64,000 bases of DNA from assembly GCF_009914755.1 (NCBI RefSeq), contig NC_060939.1; one strand, 5' to 3'. Positions 17,151 to 31,785 of this stretch are shown here, piece after piece. Under the pieces are notes generated by a model. The model was not told the origin of the DNA and did not search any database. It was given only the letters and a program-made list of their open reading frames with translations. Both the position numbers and the translations under genes were made by a program. Source of the DNA: the human T2T-CHM13v2.0 reference genome, Homo sapiens. The first letter of the stretch is position 1. Each line of letters opens with the position of its first letter.

Positions 17151-17879
17151 TATATAGACTAAGAGATCTGTCAGGCAGATTTTTCAGAAAAGAAAGTAAT
17201 AGAAATTCTATAACTAAAACAATGTAATATGTGAAATAGCCTAAATTAAGAATTCAATGGATAAGATGCAGAGAGATCATTAAATGGAAGAGAGGGAAGA
17301 AGAAACCATCAATAATGATGAAAAGAGAGACACAAACAGAAAATATGTGAAAGGAGATAGAAAAGTACATAATTTTATATTAGTATTATGCATGAACTTG
17401 TGTTTGCATATGTTCACATTCATATATATATATATATATTTCTTGCTGTTTATTCTAGAGAAATGACGTGCATATGTGTGTCTGGATGTTTAATCATATA
17501 TGATTTGTGATCACTAGAAATACAGAAACATCAAAAATGTTCATCATCAAAGCATTAGGTTCATGAATTATTGTATATTCATACAAAGAATCCTATCGAG
17601 CATCCAAAATGAATGAAATATGTGACTCAAGAACATAAAAAAATTGGAAAAACAAAATGTACTGTAGGTAAAATCATACACGAAGACTATATGCTTTATG
17701 GTTCCATTTATATACACTTAAAAGGAAATTCTTAAGAGTGGTAATTAATATAATAAGGAATTATTGCCATAAATATTTGAACAGTGTAGTTACTATTCCT
17801 TTAGTGGAAGAAAAGGGGCTGTGACTGGAGGAGCAGACAGAAGGCTTCTAGAGGGTTAACAATGATGGTTTCATATACA

Positions 17880-18265
17880 AGCAGTGGCTCCTTGGCTTTC
17901 TTTCCACACAGGTTTCTTTCAGTTTCTGTGATGCCTCCCACTCTGCCTTGCCACAGGGGTTTTGCACATGCTCGTTCCCATTCTGATAGCCTTCCTTCCT
18001 TTCCTTTTCACCCTCATATCCCAGATCAGCTATCACTTCCTCAGGGAACATCAGCCCCACCAGATGTGGGAAAGCTTGCTGCTTACATACCCTCTGAGAA
18101 GGACATTCATTCCTTCCATCAGAGTATGCTTCAGTTTGTAATTTTGTAATGTTTGACATTATTGAAGTAATTGTACCAAAAATTCAATTGGTATGACTTT
18201 CACCATTGAACCTCCAATGTCTTATACATTGGCTAATAATGGCTTGTTAAATTAATGGATGAATA
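17880..18265 (+). mobile_element. L2 3' fragment
   Basis: gccttgccacagggg...tttgcacatgct...ttccc L2 motif with a degenerate tgaat tail. Confidence 0.55.
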
Positions 18266-18447
18266 TGGTTAGACAAATTGAATTTAGTGTCTATAGAACA
18301 TGCACATCTAGTAAGCAGCGAGATATAGGGACTAGTTGTTCCTCAGAGTTTTCTGTCTAGAGGTAGGGAGTCATGAATAAGTAAGGGCTAGCATGGCTAA
18401 TAGTGTATTTAATTGTTCTGGAAGAGGCAAAAAAAAAAAAAAAAGCC

Positions 18448-19568
18448 AAATGAAAAGACAACCCAGGGAGTGAAATAAAATATTTGCAAACCAGATGTCT
18501 GTTAAGGGGTTAATATCCAAATTATATATGAAACTACAACTCAATAGCAAAAAAAAAAAAAAAAACCTGATTAAAGATGAGCAAAGGACTGGAATGACAT
18601 TTTTCTAAAGAAAACATAAAAATGGCCAATAGGTACATGAAAAAATGCTTAATATCACAAACCATCATGGAAATTCAAATGAAAACCATAATGAGATATC
18701 ATTTCACACACGTTAGGATGCCTATTATTTAAAAAGAGACAAGAGATAGCAAGCATTGGCAAGGGCATGGAGAAAGAGGAATCTTTGTACACTATTGGTG
18801 AGAATTTAATTGGGTATGGTCATCATGGAAAACCATATGGAGGTTCCTTAAAAACAAATAAGTAAATAAAAAGTGAACTACCGTATGATCCAGCAATCTC
18901 ACTTCTTGGTATATAGGCAGAGGAAAATATATCAGTATCTTGAAGAGACATCTGCACGCCCATGTTCACAGCAGTGTTATTCATAATAGCCAAGATATGG
19001 AAACAGACTAAAGTATCTGCTAACAGATGAACGGGTGACGAAAATGTGGTATACATACAGTACAATATTGGCTATGAAAAAGATGAAATCTTGCCACTTG
19101 TGACAACATGGATAAACCTGGAGAATATTATGCTAGGTGAAATAAGGTAGACACAGAAAGACAAATACTATTTGGTCTCACTTACATGTGGAAGCTAAAG
19201 AGGTCGAATTCACAGAGGCAGAGAGTAGAATGGTGTTTGCCAGGGGCTAGGAAGTTGGGAAAATGGGGAGAAATCGGCCAAAGGATATAAACTTCCAGTT
19301 ATAAGATTAATAGGTTGGAGTGATGTAATGTACAGTCTGGTGACTATAGTTAGTGACACTGTGTTGTATAGTTGAAATTGGCCAAGAATAGATCTCAAGT
19401 GTTCTCACCACACACAAAAATCCAGTAACTATGTGAGGTGATGGGTGTTTTAATTAGCTTGATTGTGGTAATCGCTTCACAACACATAAACATATTAACT
19501 CATTATGTTGTATACCTTAAACATATACAACTTTTATTTGTCAATTTTGTCTCAATAAAGCCGGAAAA
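18448..19568 (+). mobile_element. L1MA (L1MA8/9-like) 3' part
   Basis: ORF2 C-terminal homology followed by an L1MA 3'UTR ending ctcaataaagccggaaaaa. Confidence 0.9.
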
Positions 19569-21399
19569 ATAATAGGAGCAAAACATATATCTCCTATAAT
19601 TCAACCCTGATGCCTTGCTCCAGCTGTAATGCACTTGACCCCTTTTCAAGATCTACACTCCCAGCTCTCTGGGTTACATGTCTTTTCTGAAGTGTTTCTT
19701 TTCTTTTCTTTTTTTTCCTCATTCTATTTTCTTACGCTTTATGTCATTTTCCTGAAATGCCTATCTCTTCCTTCTTTGGATCGCTGTTTGTCTGACAATG
19801 TGTTCCACAGTTTAAAATTCTGAAAGAACAGCAACAACAATAAAACCGGAATACCAGCTCTTAAAGCTAGAAGATTTTAAAATATTGCATTATGCAACAA
19901 AACTTGACACAGCTTGAACTCATTTGGTTGCAAAACCTGATCTGGAAACACGGGAGGCAAAACGTGGTGCTGTCCAGTGCTGGAACAGGTGTGAGTTTAA
20001 AACGGGGTACACGTCACATTATCATTCTCAAATCCAAATAAATAGAATTCTCAATGTTGCAACATAGATGTCCCCAAATGCTCTGTATAAGATAGAATAT
20101 ACACTTTGTGTTGTGTCTTGCACTTCATAATGATTGATAAATATCGCCATGTAGAATGCCAAACCAGTGAGTGATTATATGGTTTTATAAAGCTCTGTCA
20201 GTTTCAAACAACAGATAAAATACCTATCTCATGTATGATGCTGGAAGCTAGCTGATATAATTAGGAATATTGGGATTTTTTTTACCCCAAGAAGTTTCTA
20301 GTCTAGTGACTAATGCCCACATAGATGATAAGAAAGACAGTGAAAATCTGATGAGGGCTGTATGTAGAATAAAAGTAATAGAATTGGGGTAAATGTATAA
20401 TAAACACAGAGTAAAGTTCTGTGATATTATAAATTAGAGTAGGTAGTTTTAGAGTTTTCAAAATAAGAAAAGTAATACAGTAAGGAACATATTTGCTTAC
20501 AGAAGTATGATTCATACCAGTGTGCAAAGAAATAGAAAAATAGAAAAGCAATTCAGATGATCTCAAATTTATTAGTTTTCTAGGAAACACTCAGAATGTG
20601 GCACAGACTGTAGTAACAGTCTGAAAAGTTAAAAGAATGTAACCTTAGAAATAAAAAATTGCAGAGTGAAGAATCCATTTCCTGTTTTCTGCAGACTTAT
20701 CTTGGAAAATTTGAAGTATTCATTGTGCAGAGCGTGTGGTTACATTGAGGTTACTATTGCCCCACTGCTTCATGGAACACACCTGTCCATACTTCAATTT
20801 TTGAACTAAAAAAAAATACCTTCTAGAAAACTAGTAGTTCTGACTCACACTCTTCCGTGCCAGTTGTTTCTCTAATTTAGTCATAGCTATTGGTATTTTC
20901 CCTTTTGATTATATGCAATTTGCACCCTGGGATCTGGATTTGGAGTAAAACACACAGGGATCCAGTGTTAGAACAAACACTTAGAACGAAAAGACTTTAG
21001 AATTGAGAGCCAAGCTGAGGCCTTGAGTGAGATCATTAAAGGGTTGCAGTTTTATTTCTGGAACAATGTTTGTACTTTTTATTTACTTAGTATTTCCATG
21101 AAAAATATGACTTTTTTCTTTTCATTTAAATAAATTTATCGCACTTAACTTTAATATATCTTAAAATAATAAATTGAGTTACTACTTCAAGTCATCATGT
21201 TCATTATTAACATGTGTCTCTGCCATCACCAGCAAAGTTCAGTTAAATATGAACCATCTAATGAGAGCAAGGACTGTTCATGTAGATTTTCAAAATTTAC
21301 TTAAAATTATGTCTTTTACAATTACCTCAAATTATTTCTTTTCTTTTTTTAATTATGTTTTGAAAATATCTAGCTGTGTAATATCAAAAAAATTTTGCC

Positions 21400-21671
21400 T
21401 TTTTTTTTTTTTTTTTTTTGAGACAGGGTCTCTCTTTGTCACCCAGGCTGGAATGCAGTGGTGAGAGCATAGCTCACTGCAGCCTTGAACACCTGGGCTC
21501 AAGCCATCCTCTGTCCTCAGCCTCTTAAGAGTAGCTGGGATTACAGATGCATGCCACCACACATGGATACTTATTGTTGTTGTTGTTTTGTTTTTGTAGA
21601 AAAAGGGATCTCACTATATTGCCTAGGCTGGTCTCAAACTCCTGGCCTCAAGTGATTCTCCCACTTTGGCC
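21400..21671 (-). mobile_element. AluJ, 5'-truncated
   Basis: Poly-T followed by gagacagggtct...gggctcaagccatcc (J diagnostics). Confidence 0.93.
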
Positions 21672-21829
21672 TGTTTTTGCTGTTTTTGAAAGTTGACTGA
21701 ACTTAGTTTAGCTAAATAATGAGCTAAATCAACCAAATGCTATTCATAAATAGAAGTAGGCTAATTCATTTGAAAGAATAAAAAAGCGTGTTTGTGAGTG
21801 GGTGGGTATATACATAATTTGAATGTAAA

Positions 21830-22470
21830 TAACAGAAAATCTGTTGTCTTGAATGTAGCCCATTGTTCCTACCTCTCCATTGTGTACCTGGGCCCTGCCC
21901 TTCATCTCGGGTGTCCGGCCTGGAGAAAACTGCACCGTGACGCCACTAACTTCCACTAACTGGAATCTGCCTTTCCCTCCCCGCTGTCTTTCCTTCCCAT
22001 CTCTACCGCCAATTAAATCCCCAAACTTTGCTGATTAACCATTGAAACAATCCTTTTAATCCGTCCATTTTTTCACTTTGATTTTTTCATTGCTAACTCT
22101 CTATGTGAAGCCACCTCACCTTTTTCTCAGAATGTCAGCTATAATGGCCTAGCTGATCTCCCAGTCATTCCAGGCTTGCATCTGCCCAAACTACCCTCCA
22201 CTCTACCCCGTGCTGTTTTCTAAATGACAAATTTTATCCTGTTGCTTCCCAACTTCAAACTCCTCAATGACTTGCAAATGCCTTCAAGCATATAGCTGAA
22301 CATGATATGCCTCATTTTATTTCTGTAGCCTCATGTTTCCCTTTTCACTGTATATTTCATTGTATATTACAGTCATACTTCGAACTCCTTGAAGTCCGGG
22401 AAATTGTCTTACTCAATGTTGTATTCCCAAACACAGTGTTTGCTATGTAGCAGGTTTTCAAGATAATTTT
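21830..22470 (+). mobile_element. L2 fragment(s)
   Basis: Pyrimidine-rich L2 ORF2/3' similarity ending acagtgtttgctatgtagcagg. Confidence 0.55.
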
Positions 22471-22604
22471 TATTTTAAATTTCAGTTTGATGAGTTTAAA
22501 TCAGAAAAATATATGACTTTTTGGCATCCTGAGTCTATTTCTATTCTTTCATTTTAGAGTTTAAGTAAGCTTGGGCTATGATGAGAGTTACTTGAAAACT
22601 GTTA

Positions 22605-23057
<453 letters not shown>

Positions 23058-23136
23058 ATCAACTCTTCATTTCCAGAATTAATATTCCAAAAAATTTTTC
23101 CTGGTGGATGAGAACGGATCTGGTACTGTGTTTTAT

Positions 23137-23578
23137 TCTGTATATATTTACTTGGACTACTGTAACAAACATTGTGACTTCAAACAACAGATATTTATTC
23201 TTTCGTGGTTCTGGAGTCTGAACATTTGAAATGAAGGTGTGGATAGGATTGGTTCCTTCTGAGGGCTCTGAGGGAAAGTCTAACTCATGCTTCTTCCCTA
23301 GATTTTGGTGGTTGCCAGCAATCTTTGGTACTCTTGCCAGTGGCAACCTAACTCCAACCTCTGTCTCCATCTATACACGCATCTCTTCTGTGTGCCTGTG
23401 TCTGTCTCCAAATTTCCCTCTTCTTATAAGAACATCTGTCATATTGGATTTCAGATCTTTAGCAATCCAGTGTAAATTCATCTTAACTTTATTATATTTG
23501 AAAATGTTCTGTTTTCAAATAAAGTCACATTCACAGAGCCCAGGTAAAAAAGAATTTTGGGGAGATACATTCACTTCT
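23137..23578 (-). mobile_element. MLT1 (B/C-like) MaLR solo LTR
   Basis: ctgtaacaaa...aaacaacagatatttattct...ggttccttctgagggctctgaggg...gtcacattcacag. Confidence 0.85.
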
Positions 23579-24371
23579 ATTTTTTTTTTGATGAATATAA
23601 GGTAAAAAAAAGTTGAGTATAAAAAATAAAATTAGAAAACTATTTTTAACATGGGATGAGAATATTATTTTCAATGAATCATGTTTGTTAAACTATTTCA
23701 ATAAAAAAAGACAAAATCCAAAATTGTAATAAATGTTTAACAGCTAATTAAATACAGGATCCTGAATCACTGACTGACAGAAATATTCTCCCAAGTTAGA
23801 AATATAGAAATGATAAAGTGTAATTTAATATATTTTTTTCTGATATATGGTCATCCAATATCAGCACCAGCCAATCTCCTACATATGCCTTTTGTTAACA
23901 GTAATGGTAAATACTAATAAAATATGCCTTATCAAATGGAATTATTTTGTGTTCATGGAAGCCAAACAATTTTCAAAGCAGGACTTTAGCGACTTAGGAA
24001 AACCATTTTTATTGCTTCATTTAGAAGAGGAAATGGAAATACTGAGTTACAAGAGAAGATGGCATTTTTTTTAAAACCAATCTTTACATCATGATTATTA
24101 GAAGCCGTGACACTCCCCTATGATGAAGCTCTTCAACATTTTAAGGGCATTCATTCACAATATTGAGATATCAGTTTGCACTTTTCGGAAGGCAAAAGTT
24201 AAACGAAGTGCAATCCTGGAATACTTTACAATGAATAGCACAAGTGTTGTGAACGGACTGAAACATTCAACAAATATCTATTTAGTACTATGTGTTACTA
24301 TGTGAGGCACTGTTCTATTTGTGGGGGATAGTGCAGGAAACAGAGGGACAAAAGTCAGGCTTTCATGCAAG

Positions 24372-24833
24372 TTGCGTTGCCCTAGTCATGCTGAATATTC
24401 TCCACCTGCTCCTCTGGCTCTGCTTCTCACCCTTCAGTGAGCTTTGCGCTCTGGCCACTGACTCCTAAGTCCTGCTTCACTTTCTATACTCTGGCTTTGT
24501 GTTGCTTTGACCAATAAAAGACAAAGACAGCAGATCAGAGGTTGGAGGAGAGATCAATCTGAGTGTGATTTCTCGGATCCTTCCCTGCCGAGGCATAGCT
24601 CAGCAGTGCCTGATTTCTGCTACTTAAGGCCACATCTAAAAGTTCAAGTGTCTGTTCCTTATCCTTGCTTCTTTAGGCAACAGAAATAGCTTTAGTCCAT
24701 CTAGCTTTCTTGTAACTTGTGAAATTCTTCTTGAAAACTGCTTACATATTAATAAATAGCCATTTTGTTAAATTCTCTTTAATTATCCCCTTTGAATATG
24801 CCTTCTGTTTCCTAAAGAACCTTAAATGATGCA
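24372..24833 (+). mobile_element. LTR33-like ERVL solo LTR
   Basis: cagcagatcagagg...ggagaga; 3' end taaattctct...tttgaatatgccttctgtttcct...tgatgca. Confidence 0.7.
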
Positions 24834-24886
24834 TAGGGTTAGAAAGGAAATACAAATACATGAGATATTTGAAAAAAAGACATTTT

Positions 24887-25395
24887 TGCAGATGCTGTCA
24901 GCAACCCATCCATATTTCCTTGGCTTTCACCATTCTTGGGTATGCTCCCTATTAACAACTCTTCAACTGAGCGCTCTCTTTGGCTGCTACAGTTTGCCAG
25001 GCTTAAAGATAAAGTAAATTGGGCATGCTAGAAACTAATGCATTCCTTCCATTTCCTTCCCCAAAGCAGCCATCAACCAATAACTGGCAGATGGTGTGGA
25101 CCAAATTTTCAGCTTCTTGGAACCTTGGTTGGAATGACTCTGGGTCATATTCACCCTATCCTTCTGAGTTTCCTACTGAGCCTAGGCACCTGGTGCCCAC
25201 AGCAGTACACTGCTTGATAACAAACCTTTTATTGGCTTGCTTTCTTCCCTGCCATATTTTTCCACTCCAGTGTTGGCGATTCCTAGGATTACCTCCACAA
25301 ATACACATTCCCTCTCACACACACATATACACATGCCCATACAAACGCTACACAAACTCACATTCTTGTGCAATAGTAAGCTCTGGAAGGTTCTG
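24887..25395 (+). mobile_element. LTR16C-like ERVL solo LTR
   Basis: gcagatgctg start; gcagccatcaaccaataactg; tgcttgataacaaaccttttattggctt...attacctccacaaata. Confidence 0.7.
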
Positions 25396-25669
25396 AGGAG
25401 AGGAGACATGCACACTTTTTAGGCTTCAATGGGCCCACTCTGGATATTGTGTTGACAGAGACTTGAAGGGTTGTGAGGGCAGACACACTGAGACTCTTTA
25501 GGGAGGTTAGTTCATCTGTAACACTAATAGACCACTGCCAGAATCTAGAGAAAAGATGATGAGGGATTACATCTTTGCCATGATGCTATGATGAGGTTGC
25601 TTTTTAGATCATCTGATCAATATTTATTAAAATATATTATGTATCAGTTTCTATACTAGAAGTTAGCAA

Positions 25670-25790
25670 GAAGGATACTGTCCTCATTTTAGATGTAAAG
25701 AAATTGAGATTAGGAAAGTAAAGTAAAATATGCAAGTTCTCAGACACAGAGCCCAAATCTGCCCAGAGCTTTACCCTCTCCACCACACTG
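25670..25790. mobile_element. MIR fragment
   Basis: cctcattttagatgtaaagaaattgagattaggaaagt MIR core. Confidence 0.6.
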
Positions 25791-27091
25791 TCAGGAAGGT
25801 TGCCATACACTAGACTGAGTAGAGAGGTAAAGGCGGAAGACAGCCTGCAGTGAACTGACAGAGAAAACTACATAGGGAAGTAGAAATAATGATGATAGAC
25901 AACACCTTCAGGAAATTTGGCAGAAAAAAAATACGGGGTAAGCTTTTATCGTTTTGTTTTGTTTTCTTATTTTCCTCTTTAACCTGGGAGAAATTTATTC
26001 TTGTTTACATGCCTAGCAAAAAGAAGCATTGGAGAAGACACTCGATGTTACATTAATGAAACAGAATAATGGATTAAGTCAGGCTTGGTAGCAAAAAGAA
26101 GTTAAAATACATCTAAGAAAAGTATTTTATATCATAAGTAACTTATAAGTATCTGCAAATACATGTTTATTGTAAAATATTCAAATAAGAGAAATGTATA
26201 GAAAAAAGGTCTATGCCCACATTCACCCCATTTTCTACAACCCTCAATGTTATCGCTATCTTTAACCAGACTTTAGTGTGTACCTCTTCAAATATTTGGG
26301 TGTATGCATATGTGTTCACATTTTTGCATAAAGTGAGTCACAACAATGCAATGTTTTTGCAATTTGCTTTTTTTTTTACATAATGTATCCTTGACTTGCT
26401 TCCATATCAGTACATGTGAATCTAGTTATATTCTTATTAGTTTAATTATAGCATCAGCTGCATAATTATACTACTGTAATTATCAATTACATTTTAAATT
26501 TATTTTTAATAAGCTTTTAATTTTTAAAGTTTTAGATTTACCAAAAAATTACTAAGATAGTACAGAGACTTCTATACAGCCCACATCAAATTTCTCCTAT
26601 TAACATTTTTCATTAATATGGTACGTTTTTTACAATTAATGAGTCAATATTGATCTATTATTAATTAAAGCCCACACTTTATTCAGATTTCCTTAGTTTT
26701 TCTCTAGTATCCTCTTTCTGTTCCAGGATCCCAACCACAATAATATATTACATTTGGTTGTCATGTCTCTATAGGCTCCTCTTGGCTGTGACAGTTTTGC
26801 TGGTCTTCGTGTTATTGATGACCGTGATAGTTCTGAGAAGTACTTGTTAGGTATTTTGTAGAATGACCCTCAGTTGGGATTTGACTGATGTTTCTCTCAT
26901 GATTAGACTGAGGTTATGTGTTCTGGAAAAGACCACAGTGGAAAAGGACCATTTTCATCACACCATTTTAATGACATATTATCAACAAGGCATATCGCTG
27001 TTGATTTTCACTTTGATTACTTGGCTGGGGTAGTGTTTGTCAAATTTCTCCACTGCAAAGTTACTCTATTTTTTTTTCAATTTTCATATGG

Positions 27092-27534
27092 TGTATTGGT
27101 CAGTGTTCTCTTAGAGGGACACAACTAATAGGATAGATAAACATATATATAAAGGGGAGTTTATTAAGTATTAGATTACACGATCACAAGGTCCCACAAT
27201 AGGCTGTCTGTGCCGAGCTGAGGAACAAGGAGAGCCAGTCCGAGTCCCCAAACTGAAGAACTTGGAGTCCAGTGTTCGAGGCCAGGAAGCATCCAGCATG
27301 GGAGAAAGATGTAGGCTGGGATGCTAGGCCCGTCTCTCCTTTCATGTTTCTCTGCCTGCTTTATATTCGCTGGCAGTTGATTAGATGTTGCCCCCCAGAT
27401 TAAGGGTGGGTCTACCTTCCCCAGCCCACTGACTCAAATGCTAATCTCCTTTGGTAATACCCCACAGACACACAGGAATCAACACCCTGCATCCTTCAAT
27501 TCAATCAAGTTGACACTCAGTATTAAGGATCACA
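27092..27534 (-). mobile_element. MLT2A (HERV-L) solo LTR
   Basis: TG...CA termini with perfect 5-bp TSD TATGG at 27087-27091 and 27535-27539; tcaagttgacactcagtattaa end motif. Confidence 0.93.
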
Positions 27535-28252
27535 TATGGCAGTCTTTGGAAAGAGGTCCCTATGCACAGCCCATACTTAAAAAACAAGGAGTTGTGCCCC
27601 ATCTCACTGAGGGCAGAGTATCCACATAAGCTATTTGGACTTCTTCTGACCAGAATACTTATCTATTTTTCCCATTTATTTATTTACACATCATTTATTG
27701 TTAGTATGAATTCATAGTTATTTATACTTTGAGTTATAATACTACTGTATTTTTTTCTGTTGCTCAAATTTCTATAGCTTTTGTTGAGAACTCCTTCAGT
27801 TGGTTTCTTTGTCCCCGACATATCCCCATCACTGAGGGTTTTAGGATATTTTGAGGTTTAGGTTTGTTTTGTTTTGCTTTGCTTTAGCACTTCCTTACTT
27901 CAGTGCTCCCATCCTCCCCACCCTCGGAGAGCTTGTAATATAGTTAGATCCTTTTGTCAAATTCTGCATTCTATCCAGGTATGCCTTTGACCTTTAAATA
28001 ATTGATTTTTTTCAAATTTGCATATACCAAGGAACAATTTTTATGTTTAATAGTTCAATTGGTTTTGACAAATACATAGTATTATGTATCAAAAATTACA
28101 GTATCATATAGAAGATTTTCTGTACGCTAAACAATGTCCTGTGCTTTACCACTCTCACCCTATGTTGAAACTCTGGACACCACTGATCCATTAACTAGCT
28201 CTATAATTTTGCCTTTTTCAAAATGTCATGTAAACTAAATAATGCGGTATGA

Positions 28253-28575
<323 letters not shown>

Positions 28576-30989
28576 CAGCCTGGTTTATTTCACTTAACAA
28601 TATGTACTTTAAGACTTAGCTATGTGCTTATGTGGTTTGATAATTCCTTACTTTTTATTGTTGAATAATATTCCGTTGCATCGAAATATAATAGTGTGTT
28701 TATTTGCCTAATGAAGAACATTTTAATTGATTCCAAATTTGGCTATTATGAATATAGCCACTTATAAACATTTACCTGTAGGTTTTTGTGTGGTCATGTG
28801 TTTAAAAAACATTCAGTAAATACCCAGAAGCATGACTGCTGGGTCAAATGATAATACTATGTTTACCTTTGTTAGAAACTGCCAAGCTGGGTCTTCCAAA
28901 GTGACTGTATCATTTTACATTACTATCAGCAATGAATGAGATTTCCTGTTGTTCCATATCATCAGCAATTTGTATTTTTGGTTTTTTGGATATTAGCCGT
29001 TCTAATAAGTGCATAACTGGTTGTTGTTTTAATTTGCACTTCCTTAATGACAAATTATTAGAGTGTATTTTCATGTGCTTATTTGTCATCTGTATATCAT
29101 GTTGGGTAAGAGGTCTATTCAGATCTTTTGCCCACTTTTAAATTAGGATGTTTGTTTTTTTAGTGTTGACTTTTAAGAAGTATTTGTATATCCTGAATAC
29201 CAGTCCTTTATCAGATTTTTGCTATGCAAACATGTTTTCCTGGTTTGTGGCTTGTGTTTCCATTTTCTTAACTTGTCTTTTGCAGAACAGGCACTTTAGT
29301 TTTAATAAAGCCCAACATCAAACTTTTCTTCCACAAATTGTGCTTTTGGTATTAAAGCTAAAAGCATAACCAAACTCATGTTCACGTAGATTTTTCTCAG
29401 GTATTTTATTCTAGAATGTTTATAGCTTTATATTTTACAGTTAGATCTGTGATCTGTTCTGAGTTGATTATTGGGACATGTATAAGGTTTGTTGTTAGGT
29501 TGTTTTTTGCATACAGATGTATAACTGCTTCAGCATCATTTGTTAAAAATATAATTCTTTCTCCATTGAATTGTCTTTTCCCCCTTTTTAAAGATAGCTG
29601 ACTGTGTGTGCTACTTTTAGACTCTCTCTTCTCTTCTGCTGATCTATGTATCTTATTTTAACCAATACCATGCTGTCTTGATTATGGTAGCTTTATACTA
29701 AATATTAAAACCAGGTAGCATGAGTCTTCAAACTTTTTTTCTCTTCAGTATTATCTTGCCTATTTTAGGTCTTTTTCTTTTCAACATAGACTTTAGAATC
29801 AATTTGCTAAGAGCTATTAAATACAATTTTTATTTTTATTGCTTTTATTTTGAATCTATATATTCAGTTGACATCAAACAATATTGAATCTTCCAATCCA
29901 TGAATATGGAATATTTCTCCATTTATTTAGATCTTCTTTTAGTCTTTTATCATGTTTTGTAGATTTCTACATATAGACTGTATATATTTATACATAAGTA
30001 ATTCATTTTTTGGTGCTAATGAAAAAGTTTTTGGTGCTATTGTGACTGTGTCATTCTTTTTTAAAATTCTGAAATGTTTGTTTATGGAATATAGGAAAGA
30101 AATTTATTTCATATATTAACCTTGTATCATATTGACCTTATTGATCTTGGTGGTATTTTTATTTTTTAACATTTCTTTGGAATTTTCTCCATAGCCAACC
30201 ATGTCATCTACAAATGAAGACATTTGATTTCCTTCCTTTCCAATCTATAAACGTTTTCCTTCTTTTTCACATATTACATCAGCTATTTCTTCCAGTAAAA
30301 TGTTGAATAGGAGTTGTAAGAGAGGGCATCCTGGCCTTGTTTCTAAACCTAGCAAAAACACTTCCAGTTCCTCACCATTAAGTACAATGGAGGATTTTTT
30401 TGTAGATGTTGTTTATCAAATCAGTTACTTTTTAAGAAGACATAACGCCTAAGAAGCTATGAATTCAGGTGAGGGATATTATTTATAGACATTAATTCCA
30501 GTTAATTTTTCCGAAATCATTCCTGTTATCATTTACCTCAATTTAGAAGTTATGGTTTTAGTAAAAATAGATCTTGATTTACTTATATGTGGAAATATTA
30601 GCAAAAACAAACAAAACAACCAGGGAACTGGAGGTTGAAAAAAATAAAAGTAAAACTGGCAACAAACTAGTGGTATCAACTTTGGAAAAGAAGGATCGGG
30701 AAAAGTGAAGGAGGCTGAGATGAGATAACCCTTAGCTAGCTGATGAATGTTGATGGGAAGAGATTGGAATTACTCTAATTTGCTATCACAGTTGAGCTAG
30801 AGGGAGTCAATATCAGTAAATCCTAAAATTAGAGATGGTCTAAGTATCGAAAGAAATATTACATGCATACAAAAATATCTCTAAACATATATATTATTCT
30901 CAGTAAAGCAAGATATCAACAAAACAATCAGGGAAGTAATCTTGGAAAGTTTCTGGAAATTAAAGGAAGGTAAATAAAAATTCACTGTA

Positions 30990-31785
30990 AGACAATTCTC
31001 AAAAGAAGATTTTTACACAGCCAACAAACACATGATAAAAAGCTCAACATCACTGATCATTAGAGAAATGCAAATCAAAACCACAGTGAGATACTATCTC
31101 ACACCAGTCAGAATTGCAATTATTAAAAAGTCAAGAAGCAATAGATGCTGGCGAGGTTGTGGAGAAATAGGAATGCTGTTACACTGTTGGTGGGGAATGT
31201 AAATTAGTTTAACCATTGTGGATGACAGTATGGTGACTCCTCAAGGATCTAGAACCAGAAATACCGTTTGACCTAGCAATCCCATTACTGGGTATATACC
31301 CAAAGGAATATAAATCATTCTACTATAAAGACACATGCACACGTATGTTTATTGTAGCACTATTTACAATAGCAAAGTCATGGAACCAACCCAAATGCCC
31401 ATTGATGATAGACTGGATAAAGAAAATGTGGTACATTTACACCATGGAATACTATGAAGCCATAAAAAGGAATGAGATCATGTCCTTTGCAGGGACATGG
31501 ATGAAGCTGGAAGCCATCATCCTCAGCAAACTAACACAGGGACAGAAAACCAGACATCGCATGTTCTCACTCATAAGTGGGAGTTGAACAATAATAACAC
31601 ATGAACACAGGGAGGGGAACAACATACACCAAGGCGAGGGGAGGAAACTTAGAGGATGGGTTAACAGAAGCAGCAGACCACCATGGCACACGTATACCTA
31701 TGTAACAAACCTCCACGTTCTGCACATGTATCCCAAAACTTAAAGTAAAATTTAAAAAAAAAATTAAAAAAGGAAACCCTAAAAG
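30990..31785 (+). mobile_element. 5'-truncated L1PA (about L1PA10-13)
   Basis: ORF2 end ...MFSLISGS*, 3'UTR and A tail; TSD aaaaatt(t)cactgta at 30976-30989 and 31786-31800. Confidence 0.93.

Noticed and set aside
20050-20175. Possible plus-strand exon ending CA|gtgagt
   Set aside because: No adequate polypyrimidine tract at the upstream AG; the evidence is a single motif
20675-20760. Strong acceptor tttcctgttttctgcag
   Set aside because: No good downstream donor was found
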